The position numbers and the translations under genes are program-made. DNA of 63,080 nucleotides, the filler included. It is 5 parts of 5 records of this genome, joined end to end, with 100 filler letters (N's around TTAATTAATTAA, not from the genome) between each part and the next. Parts side by side here need not be neighbours in the genome. Positions count along the whole stretch, not along the records: positions 1 to 22,903 come from SRR31156797_6911; positions 23,004 to 32,982 come from SRR31156797_6935; 3 more parts are not named here. One strand, written 5' to 3'. The notes under the pieces are model-generated. The model saw nothing but the letters and a program-made list of their open reading frames with translations. It did no database searches and was not told the origin of the DNA. This document shows positions 19,615 to 30,320 of this stretch, piece by piece (within the stretch, counting starts at the first letter, position 1; each line of letters begins with the position of its first letter).

Positions 19615-20576
19615 TCCTGTGCTGCGGCGGTGCACTCATAGATTTCGTTCCAATGACCGGCAGCAAAGGCGAGGCGGGTTACTTGCCTTGTCCCGGTGGA
19701 TCGACCTTGAATACGGCGATCGGGCTGGCTCGGTTGGGCGAGACGGCCGGCTTTCTCGGGCGCCTGTCCACCGATCCTTTCGGCGATCGTCTGATGGGAG
19801 TTCTGCGCGACAACGAGGTTGGAGCGGATTTTGTCGTTCGGAGCGACGAACCGACCCGCTTCGGCTTCGTCGTTTTTCCCGAGGGGCAAAGTGAACCCCG
19901 CTATAGCTTTCATGCCTGTATCACGGCCGATCAGAACCTCCGTATGGCGGATCTGCCGGCTGCCTTGCCGGAAGAAGTCGAGGCTCTGCATTTTGGCTCG
20001 ATCTATATGGTTTTGGAACCGGTCGCGACCTCTCTCGAGACGTTGATGGTGCGCGAGGCCGGAAAGCGGTTGATCAGCATCGATCCCAATGTGCGTCCAT
20101 CGCTCATCGACGACATGACGGTCTACCGGAACCGTTTCGAGCAATGGCTGAGCCGCGTCGACGTCGTCAAGGCGAGTTTGGCCGATATCGATTGGCTCTA
20201 CCCGGGCGTACCGGTGTCGGAAGTGGCTGCGCATTGGTGTGGTCTGGGGCCGGCGCTTGTCGTCGTCACGAAGGGAGCCGAAGGGGCTGCCGGTTATGTC
20301 GGCGACACCGAGGTCGACGTTCCCGGTCGGCAAATGGCGCTTGTCGATACAGTTGGCGCCGGCGACGGTTTCCAGGCGGCCTTGCTGGCCCGGCTGCGTG
20401 CCGAAGGCTTTCTTCTTCGTGACCGCATTCAAGAAATTGACGGACCCACCTTGACGGCGGCACTTGAGTTCGCATGCCGGGCGGCGGCGATCACCTGCGC
20501 GCGCAAGGGGGCTGATCCACCAAGCCTACAGGACCTCGAATCGGTCCCGGATCTACACCCCGACTCGGTTTCATAA
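19611..20576 (+). CDS. PfkB-family carbohydrate kinase (fructokinase-like)
   Basis: PGGS..N.A..LARLG, DPNVR, DTVGAGDGF. Confidence 0.93.
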   Translation: MILCCGGALIDFVPMTGSKGEAGYLPCPGGSTLNTAIGLARLGETAGFLGRLSTDPFGDRLMGVLRDNEVGADFVVRSDEPTRFGFVVFPEGQSEPRYSFHACITADQNLRMADLPAALPEEVEALHFGSIYMVLEPVATSLETLMVREAGKRLISIDPNVRPSLIDDMTVYRNRFEQWLSRVDVVKASLADIDWLYPGVPVSEVAAHWCGLGPALVVVTKGAEGAAGYVGDTEVDVPGRQMALVDTVGAGDGFQAALLARLRAEGFLLRDRIQEIDGPTLTAALEFACRAAAITCARKGADPPSLQDLESVPDLHPDSVS

Positions 20577-20608
20577 CCGCGCCCGCATCGATCAGGGAGA
20601 AATTCAAC

Positions 20609-22309
20609 ATGACGGTTTCGAACATCATTGCAGACATGATCAAGTCCTATGGTACGCGGGTTGTCTTCACATTGACCGGAGGACCGCAAGAACCGCTTAC
20701 GGCGCTGTCCAACCGTCACGATATTCGCGTGATACTGGGGCGGAGCGAGCGGTCGTCGCTGTTCATGGCCGATGCGTACGCCCGGCTTACCGCACGACCG
20801 GCATTCGGATTCACCCAATATGGCCCCGGTGCGGCGTTGCTGCCGTCGGCATTGGCGGATGCATGGTGGGGCCACAGTCCCGTGGTCGCCATTTCCAGTT
20901 CCACGAAAACATCGTCACGACACCTTTTCGAATACCAGGAAATTGATCAGATGCCGATGTTCCCGCCGTTGACCAAATGGGCGGGGGATCTGCCGGCACC
21001 GGAGCGCATCGCCGATATATTGCGGACGGCGGTCCACGCCTCGGTGACCGGTACTCCCGGGCCGGTATATCTGGGCATTCCGTCCGATTGGTACACGAAG
21101 GACCTGCCGTTCGATCAACCTGTCCTCGCCGAAGCCGATAGCATCAGGATTCCGGCATTTCGCTCGGCACCTTTGATTTCCGACATTGAACGGGCCGTGG
21201 CCGCGTTGGTCTCGGCACAGCGTCCCGTCATTCTGGCAGGCGGCGGTGTGCTGATTTCAGGTGCCTGGGACGAATTGACGAACTTGGCCGAACGTTTGGC
21301 GATCCCCGTTGTAACGACGCTTTCCGGCAAGGGAAGCATTGCCGAAAATCATCGTCTTGCTGTCGGCGTCGGTGGGAGATATTCGAGAAAAGTCGCGAAC
21401 GATGTTCTTGCCAAGTGCGATCTTTGTTTGGCCATCGGTACGCGCCTCGGCGCCATGGGGACAGATTCATTCAAGTTTCCACATGCCGAGGCGCGGTTGA
21501 TTCACATGGACCAGGATCCGATGGTGCTCGGGCGCACCTATAGTCCCGAGTTGGCGATTGCCGGCGATGCGCGGTCGGCGCTGGTGGTATTGTCAGACGT
21601 TGTCGAACAGGCCGGTCTGCGTGATGTGCCGGCGCGGTGGCTGGCATGGACCGAAGATATCCAGAAGCAAGTTGCGGAATGGCGGCGCCAGGCACAGAGA
21701 AAGGCGACGGAAAAGGGGGAAGCCGGTGGGCTCAATCCTTATTTCGTTGCCTACCAGCTCAACGAGATACTCACGCCCGACGACATCCTCGTTGCCGATA
21801 CCGGTTACATGGCGGCCTGGGCGGGCACGCTGGTGGAGCAGAAGCGGCCGGGCAGGCGAACTCTGCGCGCCGCCGGCTCCCTCGGTTGGGGGTTCCCCGG
21901 GGCTCTCGGTGCGCGGTTGGCGGCTGATGCCGGATCCCGTGTCGTTTGCCTTATCGGGGATGGCGGTTTCGGATATCATTTAAGCGATATCGAAACGGCC
22001 CTGCGCCTGAACCTCGATGTTACCGTGGTCGTCATGAACAACGCGTCCTTGGGTTTCTCCTATCATGTGCAGCGTAATTTTCTTGCCGAAAAATGCCCCG
22101 AGGCCGTTGAATTCCGTGATCTCGATTTTGCCTCGATATCACAGGCGTTCGGCGGTGGCGGTGAGCGCGTAACGGACCCGGACAAGCTTGTTCCGGCCAT
22201 TCGGGGTGCGATGAATGGCGGGCGATTTTCCGTTGTCGACGTGGTGACGTCGCGCGAGGAGTTGCCACCGGTCACAAGGGTTTACGGAGCAAAGGAACGA
22301 CCACTATAG
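20609..22309 (+). CDS. Second ThDP-dependent enzyme
   Basis: RSE..FMADAYAR, GPG, GDGGFGY...MNNASLG. Confidence 0.88.
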   Translation: MTVSNIIADMIKSYGTRVVFTLTGGPQEPLTALSNRHDIRVILGRSERSSLFMADAYARLTARPAFGFTQYGPGAALLPSALADAWWGHSPVVAISSSTKTSSRHLFEYQEIDQMPMFPPLTKWAGDLPAPERIADILRTAVHASVTGTPGPVYLGIPSDWYTKDLPFDQPVLAEADSIRIPAFRSAPLISDIERAVAALVSAQRPVILAGGGVLISGAWDELTNLAERLAIPVVTTLSGKGSIAENHRLAVGVGGRYSRKVANDVLAKCDLCLAIGTRLGAMGTDSFKFPHAEARLIHMDQDPMVLGRTYSPELAIAGDARSALVVLSDVVEQAGLRDVPARWLAWTEDIQKQVAEWRRQAQRKATEKGEAGGLNPYFVAYQLNEILTPDDILVADTGYMAAWAGTLVEQKRPGRRTLRAAGSLGWGFPGALGARLAADAGSRVVCLIGDGGFGYHLSDIETALRLNLDVTVVVMNNASLGFSYHVQRNFLAEKCPEAVEFRDLDFASISQAFGGGGERVTDPDKLVPAIRGAMNGGRFSVVDVVTSREELPPVTRVYGAKERPL

Positions 22310-22452
22310 GAAACTCCAAGGTCAGGAATTATTAAAAGCAGTGAATGCGATTGCGTCGGCCGTCCAGCTCGGCGTCTTCGCAGAAAGACGGCGATCCGAA
22401 AGTCGGTATGCAAGTCCATCCAAATTTGAGCGGCTCTGCCGGTCGTTTCATA

Positions 22453-22510
22453 TTGACAAAATGGACCTCAGTTCGTAGTGAATAAAAAACGATTTCAGAA
22501 AACGATTTTT
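22453..22510 (+). promoter_or_regulatory. Promoter plus tandem operator upstream of the third CoA-transferase
   Basis: TTGACA-N17-TAGTGA, then AAAAACGATTTCAGAAAACGATTTTT. Confidence 0.7.
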
Positions 22511-22639
22511 GTTTTTCGCTTCCGACTATGGATAAATCGGTCATTGTTGGGGGCTGAAGGCTGATCGGCTCTGGAAAAAAGCGCCCCAATGGATGCCATG
22601 ACGGCAATGGTTGGGAATCGAATCAAGGACGGGAGAGAA

Positions 22640-22903
22640 ATGGCTGCTCAAAGGAAATCCAAGCTGTGTTCCCTTGCCGAAGCCGCCGCGTCGGTTCCCG
22701 ACGGGGCGCGGATCGCGTTTGGCGGTTTCGCCGTCTATCAGCATCCGACGGCATTTGTTCATGAGTTGATCCGCCAGAAGCGGCGGAATCTGACGGTGGT
22801 CGGCGTTGCCAACGGGATCGACGCCGATCTGTTGATTGGTGCCGGCTGTGTCGGGCGTATAGAAACATCCTATGTCGGCCTGGAGAGATACGGCTTGGCA
22901 AGG
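22640..22903 (+). CDS. Third CoA-transferase alpha subunit (truncated by contig end)
   Basis: GGFAVYQHPTAFVHELIRQ, DLLIGAG, SYVGLE; paralog of 5890-6801. Confidence 0.85.
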
Positions 22904-23003
22904 NNNNNNNNNNNNNNNNNNNNNNNNNNNNNNNNNNNNNNNNNNNNTTAATTAATTAANNNNNNNNNNNNNNNNNNNNNNNNNNNNNNNNNNNNNNNNN
23001 NNN
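22904..23003. other. Artificial contig spacer
   Basis: N-run, TTAATTAATTAA, N-run; composition changes abruptly across it. Confidence 0.99.
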
Positions 23004-23658
23004 TGCAAAGAAGATAAATCCGGATGAACTTGCAGTGGAAATACACGGCTTTGGATTTAAGTGCCTGATGTGTGGAAAATGTTGTCGCTGGGAATATGGG
23101 GACAACAGGGTTGCAGTCATTCCGGAAGAAATTCATAGAATTCAGGACATAACTGATCTTGAATGGGAAGATATAGCAGAGCCGTTGGATCTTGGAACTG
23201 ATACATCTGAAGATGAATGCTACCTTCAGGGAGAATCCGGAATGATTGATGAAGAGGGAAACATCCATACTTTCGGGTGGATGCTGCGAAGGAAAAAGAA
23301 CAGAGATTGCGTCTTTATTCCTGATGAGCACGACAACAATAAATGCAGAATCTATGAAATGCGCCCACTTTTGTGTAGTACCTATCCTTACTACATTGAA
23401 GATCTTGAACTAAGGACATCCGAATGTGAAGGTATTGGAGGAGAAATATCAATCCAGGAAAGCAAAAATATTGCAGAAATTGTGCTTAAAAGATATCTTC
23501 ACGAGCTGCAGGATACCATCCTTACCTATAAAAACTATGAAGAATTCATACCATCTAAAATAGGGAAGGTTATAGCAAAATCCAACCTGAAGCAAGGCTA
23601 CTTAAATTACATCGTCCATAATAGTGAGGGAACTTGCAAGGTTACAAAGAAAATGTGA
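23004..23658 (+). CDS. YkgJ-family Cys-cluster protein (5' end probably truncated)
   Basis: CLMCGKCC, CVF, CRIYEMRPLLCSTYP. Confidence 0.85.
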
Positions 23659-23713
23659 ATATTTTACGTTTATCGATTGATTTATAACAAATAAACATTA
23701 TGCAGGAATAAAC

Positions 23714-24994
23714 ATGTCCACTAATAATGAACCCATGACGATCTCAGAGAAGATCTTTTCAAAGGCTGCCGGTAAAACGGTGAAGGCCGGAGAATTTGTA
23801 CTGGCTGACATAGACAGGGCAATGACCCATGACATCACAGGACCTCTTGCTGTAGATGGATTCTACGAGATCATGAGGGACAAGGAAGAGAAGAAGGTCT
23901 GGGACCCAAGTAAGATCGTGATACTCTTCGACCATCAGGTACCTGCAGACTCACTCAATGCTGCACAGAACCACATCATGCTCAGGAACTTCGCAAAGGA
24001 ACAGGGCATCATCAACTATGACGTTTATGAAGGTGTCTGTCATCAGGTAATGCCTGAAAAGGGACACGTCAAACCAGGAGACCTTGTAGTAGGTTCCGAC
24101 TCACACACATGTGCATACGGTTCCCTGGGTGCATTCTCAACAGGAATTGGATCAACCGACATGGCAGCAGTCTTTGCATCAGGAAAGCTCTGGTTCAAAG
24201 TACCTGAGACAATCAGGTTCGAAGTCGAAGGAAAACTTCCTGAACACGTATATTCAAAGGATATCATCCTTCACCTCATAGGAGATGTAGGTGCAGAAGG
24301 CGCAAGATACAAGGCAGCAGAATATGCAGGTTCTGCCATCAGTTCACTTTCAATGTCCGAGCGTATGACCATCTCTAACATGGCCATTGAAATGGGCGGA
24401 AAAGCTGGTATCATCGAGGCTGACAAGACTACAGAGAACTACCTCAAAGAGCGTATACCAGACTATGAGTTTGACCCATACTGGAAATCAGATAAAGGCG
24501 CAGACTGCGAGCTTCACAAGTATGACATAAGCAACCTTGAACCACAGGTAGCATGCCCACACAACGTGGACAACGTTAAACCTGTAACAGAGGTAGAGGG
24601 AACAAAGGTAGACCAGATCTTCGTAGGATCATGCACAAACGGAAGGTTCGAGGATATTGAAGTCGTTGCAAAGATGATGGGTGACGAACCTGTTGCAAAG
24701 GACGTTAGACTTCTTATCATCCCTGCATCAAGGACAGAATACATGAAGGTCCTCAAAGCAGGATACATAGAGCAGTTCATGGAAGCAGGCGCAATGGTGG
24801 AGTCACCATGCTGTGGTCCATGTATGGGAGGTTCCTTCGGACTTCTCGGAGACGGAGAGGTAGGACTTGCAACATCCAACCGTAACTTCAGAGGACGTGA
24901 GGGAAGCCCACAATCCTTCGTATATCTCAGCTCACCTGCAACAGCAGCAGCATCCGCACTAACCGGAGAGATCACAGATCCGAGAAAGATCTGA
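23714..24994 (+). CDS. leuC: 3-isopropylmalate dehydratase large subunit (archaeal LeuC type)
   Basis: [37 protein letters not shown]. The paralog hacA is not fully excluded. Confidence 0.85.
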   Translation: MSTNNEPMTISEKIFSKAAGKTVKAGEFVLADIDRAMTHDITGPLAVDGFYEIMRDKEEKKVWDPSKIVILFDHQVPADSLNAAQNHIMLRNFAKEQGIINYDVYEGVCHQVMPEKGHVKPGDLVVGSDSHTCAYGSLGAFSTGIGSTDMAAVFASGKLWFKVPETIRFEVEGKLPEHVYSKDIILHLIGDVGAEGARYKAAEYAGSAISSLSMSERMTISNMAIEMGGKAGIIEADKTTENYLKERIPDYEFDPYWKSDKGADCELHKYDISNLEPQVACPHNVDNVKPVTEVEGTKVDQIFVGSCTNGRFEDIEVVAKMMGDEPVAKDVRLLIIPASRTEYMKVLKAGYIEQFMEAGAMVESPCCGPCMGGSFGLLGDGEVGLATSNRNFRGREGSPQSFVYLSSPATAAASALTGEITDPRKI

Positions 24995-25062
24995 GAACTC
25001 TCATTTCATTTCTTTTTTTCAACTGTGAGACCACAACAGATATATTTAACAAATTTATATGA

Positions 25063-25141
25063 TAGTTCGGACGTTGGTCTAACCAACACTGCCCGTCATA
25101 TTTTGTGTGGATTACAAACCAACGTCACTAAGACCTTTTTT
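25063..25141 (+). ncRNA. Candidate small structured RNA or leader
   Basis: TATA-like box about 25 nt upstream; GACGTTGGT/ACCAACGTC closing stem; ends in a T-run. Confidence 0.35.
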
Positions 25142-25241
25142 CATAAGTCATGAGCTTCCAGCTCAGGCTGTGGGCCACTTTGCACCATATTTGTACCATA
25201 AAGATGTAATATGATCACATAATATCAGGAAAGGATAGACT

Positions 25242-25541
25242 ATGACTGAAGCCGACCTCTCGATACTTAACGAACTTTACGACATCATTACGGACAGAAA
25301 AAAAAATCCTTCCGAGAACTCATACGTGAGTTCCCTGCTTACCCATCGCAAAGGTATTGACAAGATACTGGAAAAGGTAGGAGAGGAATCTATCGAAACC
25401 ATCCTTGCGGTAAAAAGCGAGAATAAGGAAGAGATGATTTATGAATCATCCGATCTGCTGTTCCACCTTATGGTGATGTTTGTGGCTAAGGGAATAACCC
25501 TTGATGAGATCGCCACTGAACTGAAGAAAAGAAGAAAATAG
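25242..25541 (+). CDS. hisE: Phosphoribosyl-ATP pyrophosphatase
   Basis: SY.SSL...[23 protein letters not shown]. Confidence 0.95.
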   Translation: MTEADLSILNELYDIITDRKKNPSENSYVSSLLTHRKGIDKILEKVGEESIETILAVKSENKEEMIYESSDLLFHLMVMFVAKGITLDEIATELKKRRK

Positions 25542-25543
25542 TT

Positions 25544-26419
25544 TTAATAAACTATCAATTCGTGGAATACATCTTTCTTTGACAGGATGCCCTTTGGGAC
25601 CCCGTCAAATGAAACGAGCAGGAATCCGATATTGTGCTCATCAAAGACCTTTACAGCCTCAGAAAGGGATGACTCCGAGCTTACTGTAACCAGTTCACGG
25701 GACATTATATCCTTTACCTTGACAGTCATTTTTCCACTTGCAACGGCATCACCTATATCAGTAAACGTCACAACACCTGAAATTATGCCATTGTCTACGA
25801 CTGGAGCTCCATGGATACCTTTATCCACAAGCAAGCGTGCAGTTTCCTGAATTGTTGCATTTTCACTTATGGATATCATGTTCATCTGTGCATAATCCTT
25901 TACAGGTTTCTTAGGCAGGGAAATCATCTCATTTATAGAGAAAACAAGCGTATTCTGGGTGTCGTCCCTTCCGACAATCTCACCACGAACTATAAGTTTA
26001 TTTACAGGAGTGGGGCCCATCTGAACAAGATCGCCCTGTTCAAATCCTTTGATATTACCCAGAACCCTTATCATTCCATGGCAAAGATCAGGATGCCTTA
26101 CAGTCGTAAAACTAATCTCAGCTACAGTTGCACCATCCACAAGCTTATCGTTCTTGTAAATTGGTACACTTGCCTCGTGATCCATTGCAGTGATGCTTAG
26201 AGCCTCATAGGCCTCGCCTGTTGCCTTATATCCCCCTTTGGGACCGGGAACACCTTCGACTAAACCAAGGACTTTCAAGGATTGCATCTGATTTCGAACA
26301 GTACCAGGGTTACGGCTAATAAGTTCTGCAATCTCTTCACCTTTAACAGCACGATCTTTTTCTCTCTGGAGATTGATCAATGCTATGAGAATATCTTTCT
26401 GTATTGGTGTCAGTTCCAC
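25544..26419 (-). CDS. HTH + CBS-domain transcriptional regulator
   Basis: GTG start 26419 after GGTGA; RNPGTVRNQMQSLK, GVPGPKGGY, C-terminal CBS pair. Confidence 0.85.
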   Translation of the reverse strand: MELTPIQKDILIALINLQREKDRAVKGEEIAELISRNPGTVRNQMQSLKVLGLVEGVPGPKGGYKATGEAYEALSITAMDHEASVPIYKNDKLVDGATVAEISFTTVRHPDLCHGMIRVLGNIKGFEQGDLVQMGPTPVNKLIVRGEIVGRDDTQNTLVFSINEMISLPKKPVKDYAQMNMISISENATIQETARLLVDKGIHGAPVVDNGIISGVVTFTDIGDAVASGKMTVKVKDIMSRELVTVSSESSLSEAVKVFDEHNIGFLLVSFDGVPKGILSKKDVFHELIVY

Positions 26420-26616
26420 TAAATCACCGGTCCATAAACTCGAACAATAGTTTATAGATACACAAAGGAGATATATATAAATATAGTATTTCCCCCAATG
26501 AATATTAAAATTCACTCTACAATGCTTTCAATAGTAACCAATAACCCGGAAAAGCTTATATTTATAGGAACAGGAATTTATACTTTTAAGTGATTTGAAC
26601 CCCGACAGGAAGGAAC

Positions 26617-27624
26617 ATGATCTTTGAAAAAATAAATACAGTGCCCACATCAGAAGAACTGCTTGATAAGTCATTTAGAAGAGCAAGCAGGGCAATGTCA
26701 GGAAAAAACATCACTGGAAGAAAGACCGCTCTTGAAGCGAATGAATCCATGTTGCTGACTGCTGCCAACATACTTACGGATAATCTCAAGAATATCGTTA
26801 GGAGGTTCCCTACTTTTGAAAACCTGCCACCATTCTACTATGAACTTGCAGATGTCATGGTAGGTGTCGATGACATGAGACAATCCCTGAGCAGGCTTGA
26901 CTGGGCAAGTGCAAAGATACATGAAATTGCAAGGGACCATGTGGGAAAGATGAGAAAGAGCAGAGACCCGATGCCTGTGAGAAAACAGTGTTTCGGTCGT
27001 GTTTCATCCATCATGCGTTCAATTGACAAGGATCTGATTTTCCTGAACGAAGCACGTAACAAGCTTCGAAAGCTTCCTTCGGTTCATGATGAACCAACGA
27101 TTGTAGTTGCAGGATACCCAAACATAGGAAAATCCAGCTTTGTCACAAAGATTACAGGAGCGACACCCGAGATTGCACCATATCCCTTTACTACAAAAGG
27201 AGTTTCCATCGGACATTTCTTCGTAGGAAATGACAGATACCAGGTAATGGATACACCAGGACTTCTTGACAGACCTATGTCAGAGCGAAATGAGATCGAA
27301 CTTCAGGCAATCACAGCACTGAAGAATCTGGATGCAGTGGTGCTTTTTATTATCGATGCAAGTGAAACCTGTGGATACGAGATCGAGGATCAAAAAAGAA
27401 TGCTTGAAGAAGTGCGCAGTGAATTCAAATTACCTGTCCTGGTAGTTGCAAATAAGTCAGACCTGCCACAGTTCAGGGAACTTGATTTTGTGGACATGAA
27501 GATGTCAACTGCAACAGACGAGGGTGTTGAAGAAGTAACATCAACTCTCATAGAAATGGTCCAGAAAGTCATTGAGGAAAAAGGACCTGTCGAAAAAGAA
27601 AATACTATGGAAGACTTTTTTTAA
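26617..27624 (+). CDS. NOG1-family GTP-binding protein
   Basis: GYPNIGKSS, YPFTT, DTPGLLDRP, NKSD. Confidence 0.93.
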   Translation: MIFEKINTVPTSEELLDKSFRRASRAMSGKNITGRKTALEANESMLLTAANILTDNLKNIVRRFPTFENLPPFYYELADVMVGVDDMRQSLSRLDWASAKIHEIARDHVGKMRKSRDPMPVRKQCFGRVSSIMRSIDKDLIFLNEARNKLRKLPSVHDEPTIVVAGYPNIGKSSFVTKITGATPEIAPYPFTTKGVSIGHFFVGNDRYQVMDTPGLLDRPMSERNEIELQAITALKNLDAVVLFIIDASETCGYEIEDQKRMLEEVRSEFKLPVLVVANKSDLPQFRELDFVDMKMSTATDEGVEEVTSTLIEMVQKVIEEKGPVEKENTMEDFF

Positions 27625-27633
27625 AGGTTACTT

Positions 27634-28755
27634 TCATAACACTTTTTTCATTATATCCAGCGCATTTTCCAGGTTTTCCATTGAGGAAGCATAGGAAAGA
27701 CGTATATGCCCTTCACCACGGTCACCAAAAGCAGTGCCAGGAACCACTATCAGACCGTTAGAGATCAGTTTTGATGCAATTTCAGCTGATATCGTACCCT
27801 CGGGTACTTCAGGGAAAGCATAAAATGCTCCTTTTGGAGAGGCACATTTCAGGCCAATGGAATTTAGTCCTTCAACAAGCACGTCCCTGCGGGCTTTAAA
27901 CTCGTCACGCATTGCAAATACAGAGTCCATAGGACCGGATATTGCTGCATATGCTGCCTTTTGTGCAATGGAATTGGCACATGCCTGCACGTACTGGTGT
28001 ACTTTGATCATCTGTTCAGTGTATTCTTTTCTGGCAGCAACATATCCTATTCTCCATCCGGTCATCGAGAATGTCTTGGATACCGCATTTACAGTGATTA
28101 CATTGTCAGAGAACTGTGCAGGACTTACCTGTTCACCTTCGTAGATGAAATGCTCATATACCTCATCGGAGATGATCGTGATGTCATAGTCATCTGCTAT
28201 CTCTGCAAACGCTTTCATATCGTCCCTGCTCTGCACAGCACCTGTGGGATTTGCAGGAGAATTGATGATCATTGCCTTTGTTTTTGGAGAAATATTCTCC
28301 AGAACACTTTGCGGACTAACTGTAAGATCATCGGCAAGTGGAAGTGAAACTACACGACCGCCCATGATATTCACCAGGGAATTATAGGAAACAAAACCAG
28401 GATTTGCAATCAGCACTTCATCCCCCGGACCCACAAGAGAAGCAATTGCAATTTCAAGAGCTTCTGATGCACCAGAAGTTACAATAATCTCATCCGGTGA
28501 AACATCAAAGTTATTTTCATTTTTGAATTTGGAACTCAAAGCCTGGAGAAGTTCAGGAATACCGGGTCCCTGTGTATAGCCGGTAAAACCCTCATTAATA
28601 GCATCTATTGCCGCCTGTTTAATGTGCTGTGGAGTGTCAAAATCAGGCTGTCCAATGCCAAGATTTATGGAATTTGGACCCGCACCTTCAAACATTTTCC
28701 TGATTCCGGAAATATCAATATCCAGAACCCTTTGTGCAAACTTCGTACCAGGCAT
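27634..28755 (-). CDS. Class I/II PLP-dependent aminotransferase
   Basis: NLGIGQPDF, NSPANPTG, SDEVY, SKTFSMTGWRIG. Confidence 0.93.
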   Translation of the reverse strand: MPGTKFAQRVLDIDISGIRKMFEGAGPNSINLGIGQPDFDTPQHIKQAAIDAINEGFTGYTQGPGIPELLQALSSKFKNENNFDVSPDEIIVTSGASEALEIAIASLVGPGDEVLIANPGFVSYNSLVNIMGGRVVSLPLADDLTVSPQSVLENISPKTKAMIINSPANPTGAVQSRDDMKAFAEIADDYDITIISDEVYEHFIYEGEQVSPAQFSDNVITVNAVSKTFSMTGWRIGYVAARKEYTEQMIKVHQYVQACANSIAQKAAYAAISGPMDSVFAMRDEFKARRDVLVEGLNSIGLKCASPKGAFYAFPEVPEGTISAEIASKLISNGLIVVPGTAFGDRGEGHIRLSYASSMENLENALDIMKKVL

Positions 28756-28785
28756 AGTTATCACTTCAGTTCACTAATTGTCACT

Positions 28786-29394
28786 TTATTCAATATTTGT
28801 GTGCCTTGACTTAAGATCTTCTTCAGAAGCACCTGTGATGAAGATCATTTCTGCAATCACAGCATCAAGGAAAACACTTGAAGATGTCTCAAAAGATGTT
28901 CCAAGTGGAGTGAGATAGTTGTACTCACCGCGCATGTGACGTTCTACATAGCCACCGGCGTCATCCTTTGTCCTTCCCGGAAGAACTATCACTGTATCAG
29001 ACAGCTCACCCAATGTGGAATCTGCATTGGAAGTAATGGTGACAAGCTTTGCACCGATCTCCTTTGCAACACGTCCAAGGTTTGAAACAGAGCGTGTCTG
29101 TCCTGAACCGGAAATAGCAATTACCACATCATCCTTGCTTACAGCAGGTGTTGTGGTTTCCCCTACAACGTGGGATGAGAGCCCAAGGTGCATAAGCCTC
29201 ATGGCAAAAGCTCTTCCTACAAGTCCTGAACGACCAGCGCCCATGACAAAAATCCTTTTTGCTCCCATTACATCTTCAAGCATCTGACGAACAGAATCCT
29301 TGTCAAGCTTGTTAGCCACATTTTCAAGGTGTTCGGCCATTAGTAGGATAGAAGAAGTAAGGTATTTACATTCTGTTAAGTGGATATCTTTCAT
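28786..29394 (-). CDS. hxlB: 6-phospho-3-hexuloisomerase
   Basis: GAGRSG, FAMRLMHLG, SGSG.T, PLGTSFE, H.NIE; RBS before ATG 29394. Confidence 0.93.
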   Translation of the reverse strand: MKDIHLTECKYLTSSILLMAEHLENVANKLDKDSVRQMLEDVMGAKRIFVMGAGRSGLVGRAFAMRLMHLGLSSHVVGETTTPAVSKDDVVIAISGSGQTRSVSNLGRVAKEIGAKLVTITSNADSTLGELSDTVIVLPGRTKDDAGGYVERHMRGEYNYLTPLGTSFETSSSVFLDAVIAEMIFITGASEEDLKSRHTNIE

Positions 29395-29410
29395 ATTCGT
29401 CCTCAAAAGG

Positions 29411-29944
29411 TTAATCGGAATTATCAGGATAATTAGATTTTTCTTTAGTATCATCTTTGTAGTTGATACTTTTTAACTTCCAACCTTCAATATTACCCAG
29501 TTCTTCATACAAACGCATGATGTCAGAGTCATCTCCGGTCCAGTAGCAATCTAACACTGTGTCCTTGACTTTAAGTTCTTCGGTTATAGATCCTGCAAGA
29601 TAAAAAAGAGCTTTTTTGCTTGAAAAAGGAACATTGAAAGTTGTCCGGTATCCATCTTTGCATTTTGCATAGGAAACAAGGACATAACCGTTACTTTCGT
29701 GCTCCATGATAGAATCAAAATCACATATAAGTTCCAGTTCATGAACGGCTGATTTGTCGATATTTGCAATACCCAGAAGAATCTGTCCGACTACAATATC
29801 CGGCACCTGCCTTCCAAACCATATGGATATTTTACCGTATGTACAGGTTACATTCACATCATCCCTCCCCATCTCAAAAGAAGACAGGGAGAGAAGAGGG
29901 GATATAAGATTTTCACGATTTTCTTTTTGGCCCATTTGCTTCAC
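29411..29944 (-). CDS. Hypothetical protein
   Basis: 177-aa ORF packed between DUF2073 and hxlB; no motif recognised. Confidence 0.65.
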   Translation of the reverse strand: MKQMGQKENRENLISPLLSLSSFEMGRDDVNVTCTYGKISIWFGRQVPDIVVGQILLGIANIDKSAVHELELICDFDSIMEHESNGYVLVSYAKCKDGYRTTFNVPFSSKKALFYLAGSITEELKVKDTVLDCYWTGDDSDIMRLYEELGNIEGWKLKSINYKDDTKEKSNYPDNSD

Positions 29945-29953
29945 GCAAATACT

Positions 29954-30316
29954 TTATTTTGTTGTGGAAATAAGAGCACTGATCATATCACGATCCTTCT
30001 TGAGGGTCTTAAGCTGATCAGCCGGTCCAATGACAGTAAGCCTTGTCTTAAGAGCATTTTTTTTAAGAATCTTGCCAAAGAACGAAGTGTCCACCTCTGA
30101 TGGATAACTTTCCATTTCTATACCGGAGAAACCATCCGGTTCGATGAGAGTCATTGTCATCTCTATGAGACTTGCCTCTTCTTCAGGACTCAGTCCCTTT
30201 TCAAGAACCAGTATCTTTCCTCCCTTAACCTCATCAATAATAAACCTGACCTTTTCCACAGGAGTCATTGTAGACAACCTGTGTTCTGATACAAGATCCA
30301 TCTGGAAGCCCTGCAT
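29954..30316 (-). CDS. DUF2073 protein (OapB-like)
   Basis: EKVRFIIDEV, LEKGLSPEEE..LIE.TM, FSGIE, LTVIGPA. Confidence 0.85.
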   Translation of the reverse strand: MQGFQMDLVSEHRLSTMTPVEKVRFIIDEVKGGKILVLEKGLSPEEEASLIEMTMTLIEPDGFSGIEMESYPSEVDTSFFGKILKKNALKTRLTVIGPADQLKTLKKDRDMISALISTTK

Positions 30317-30320
30317 CAAA

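Noticed and set aside
22948-22959. TTAATTAATTAA repeated four times in the window
   Set aside because: Artificial linker inside N spacers, not a biological repeat.
25069-25130. tRNA gene
   Set aside because: About 60 nt, with no TTC T-loop and no proper anticodon arm.
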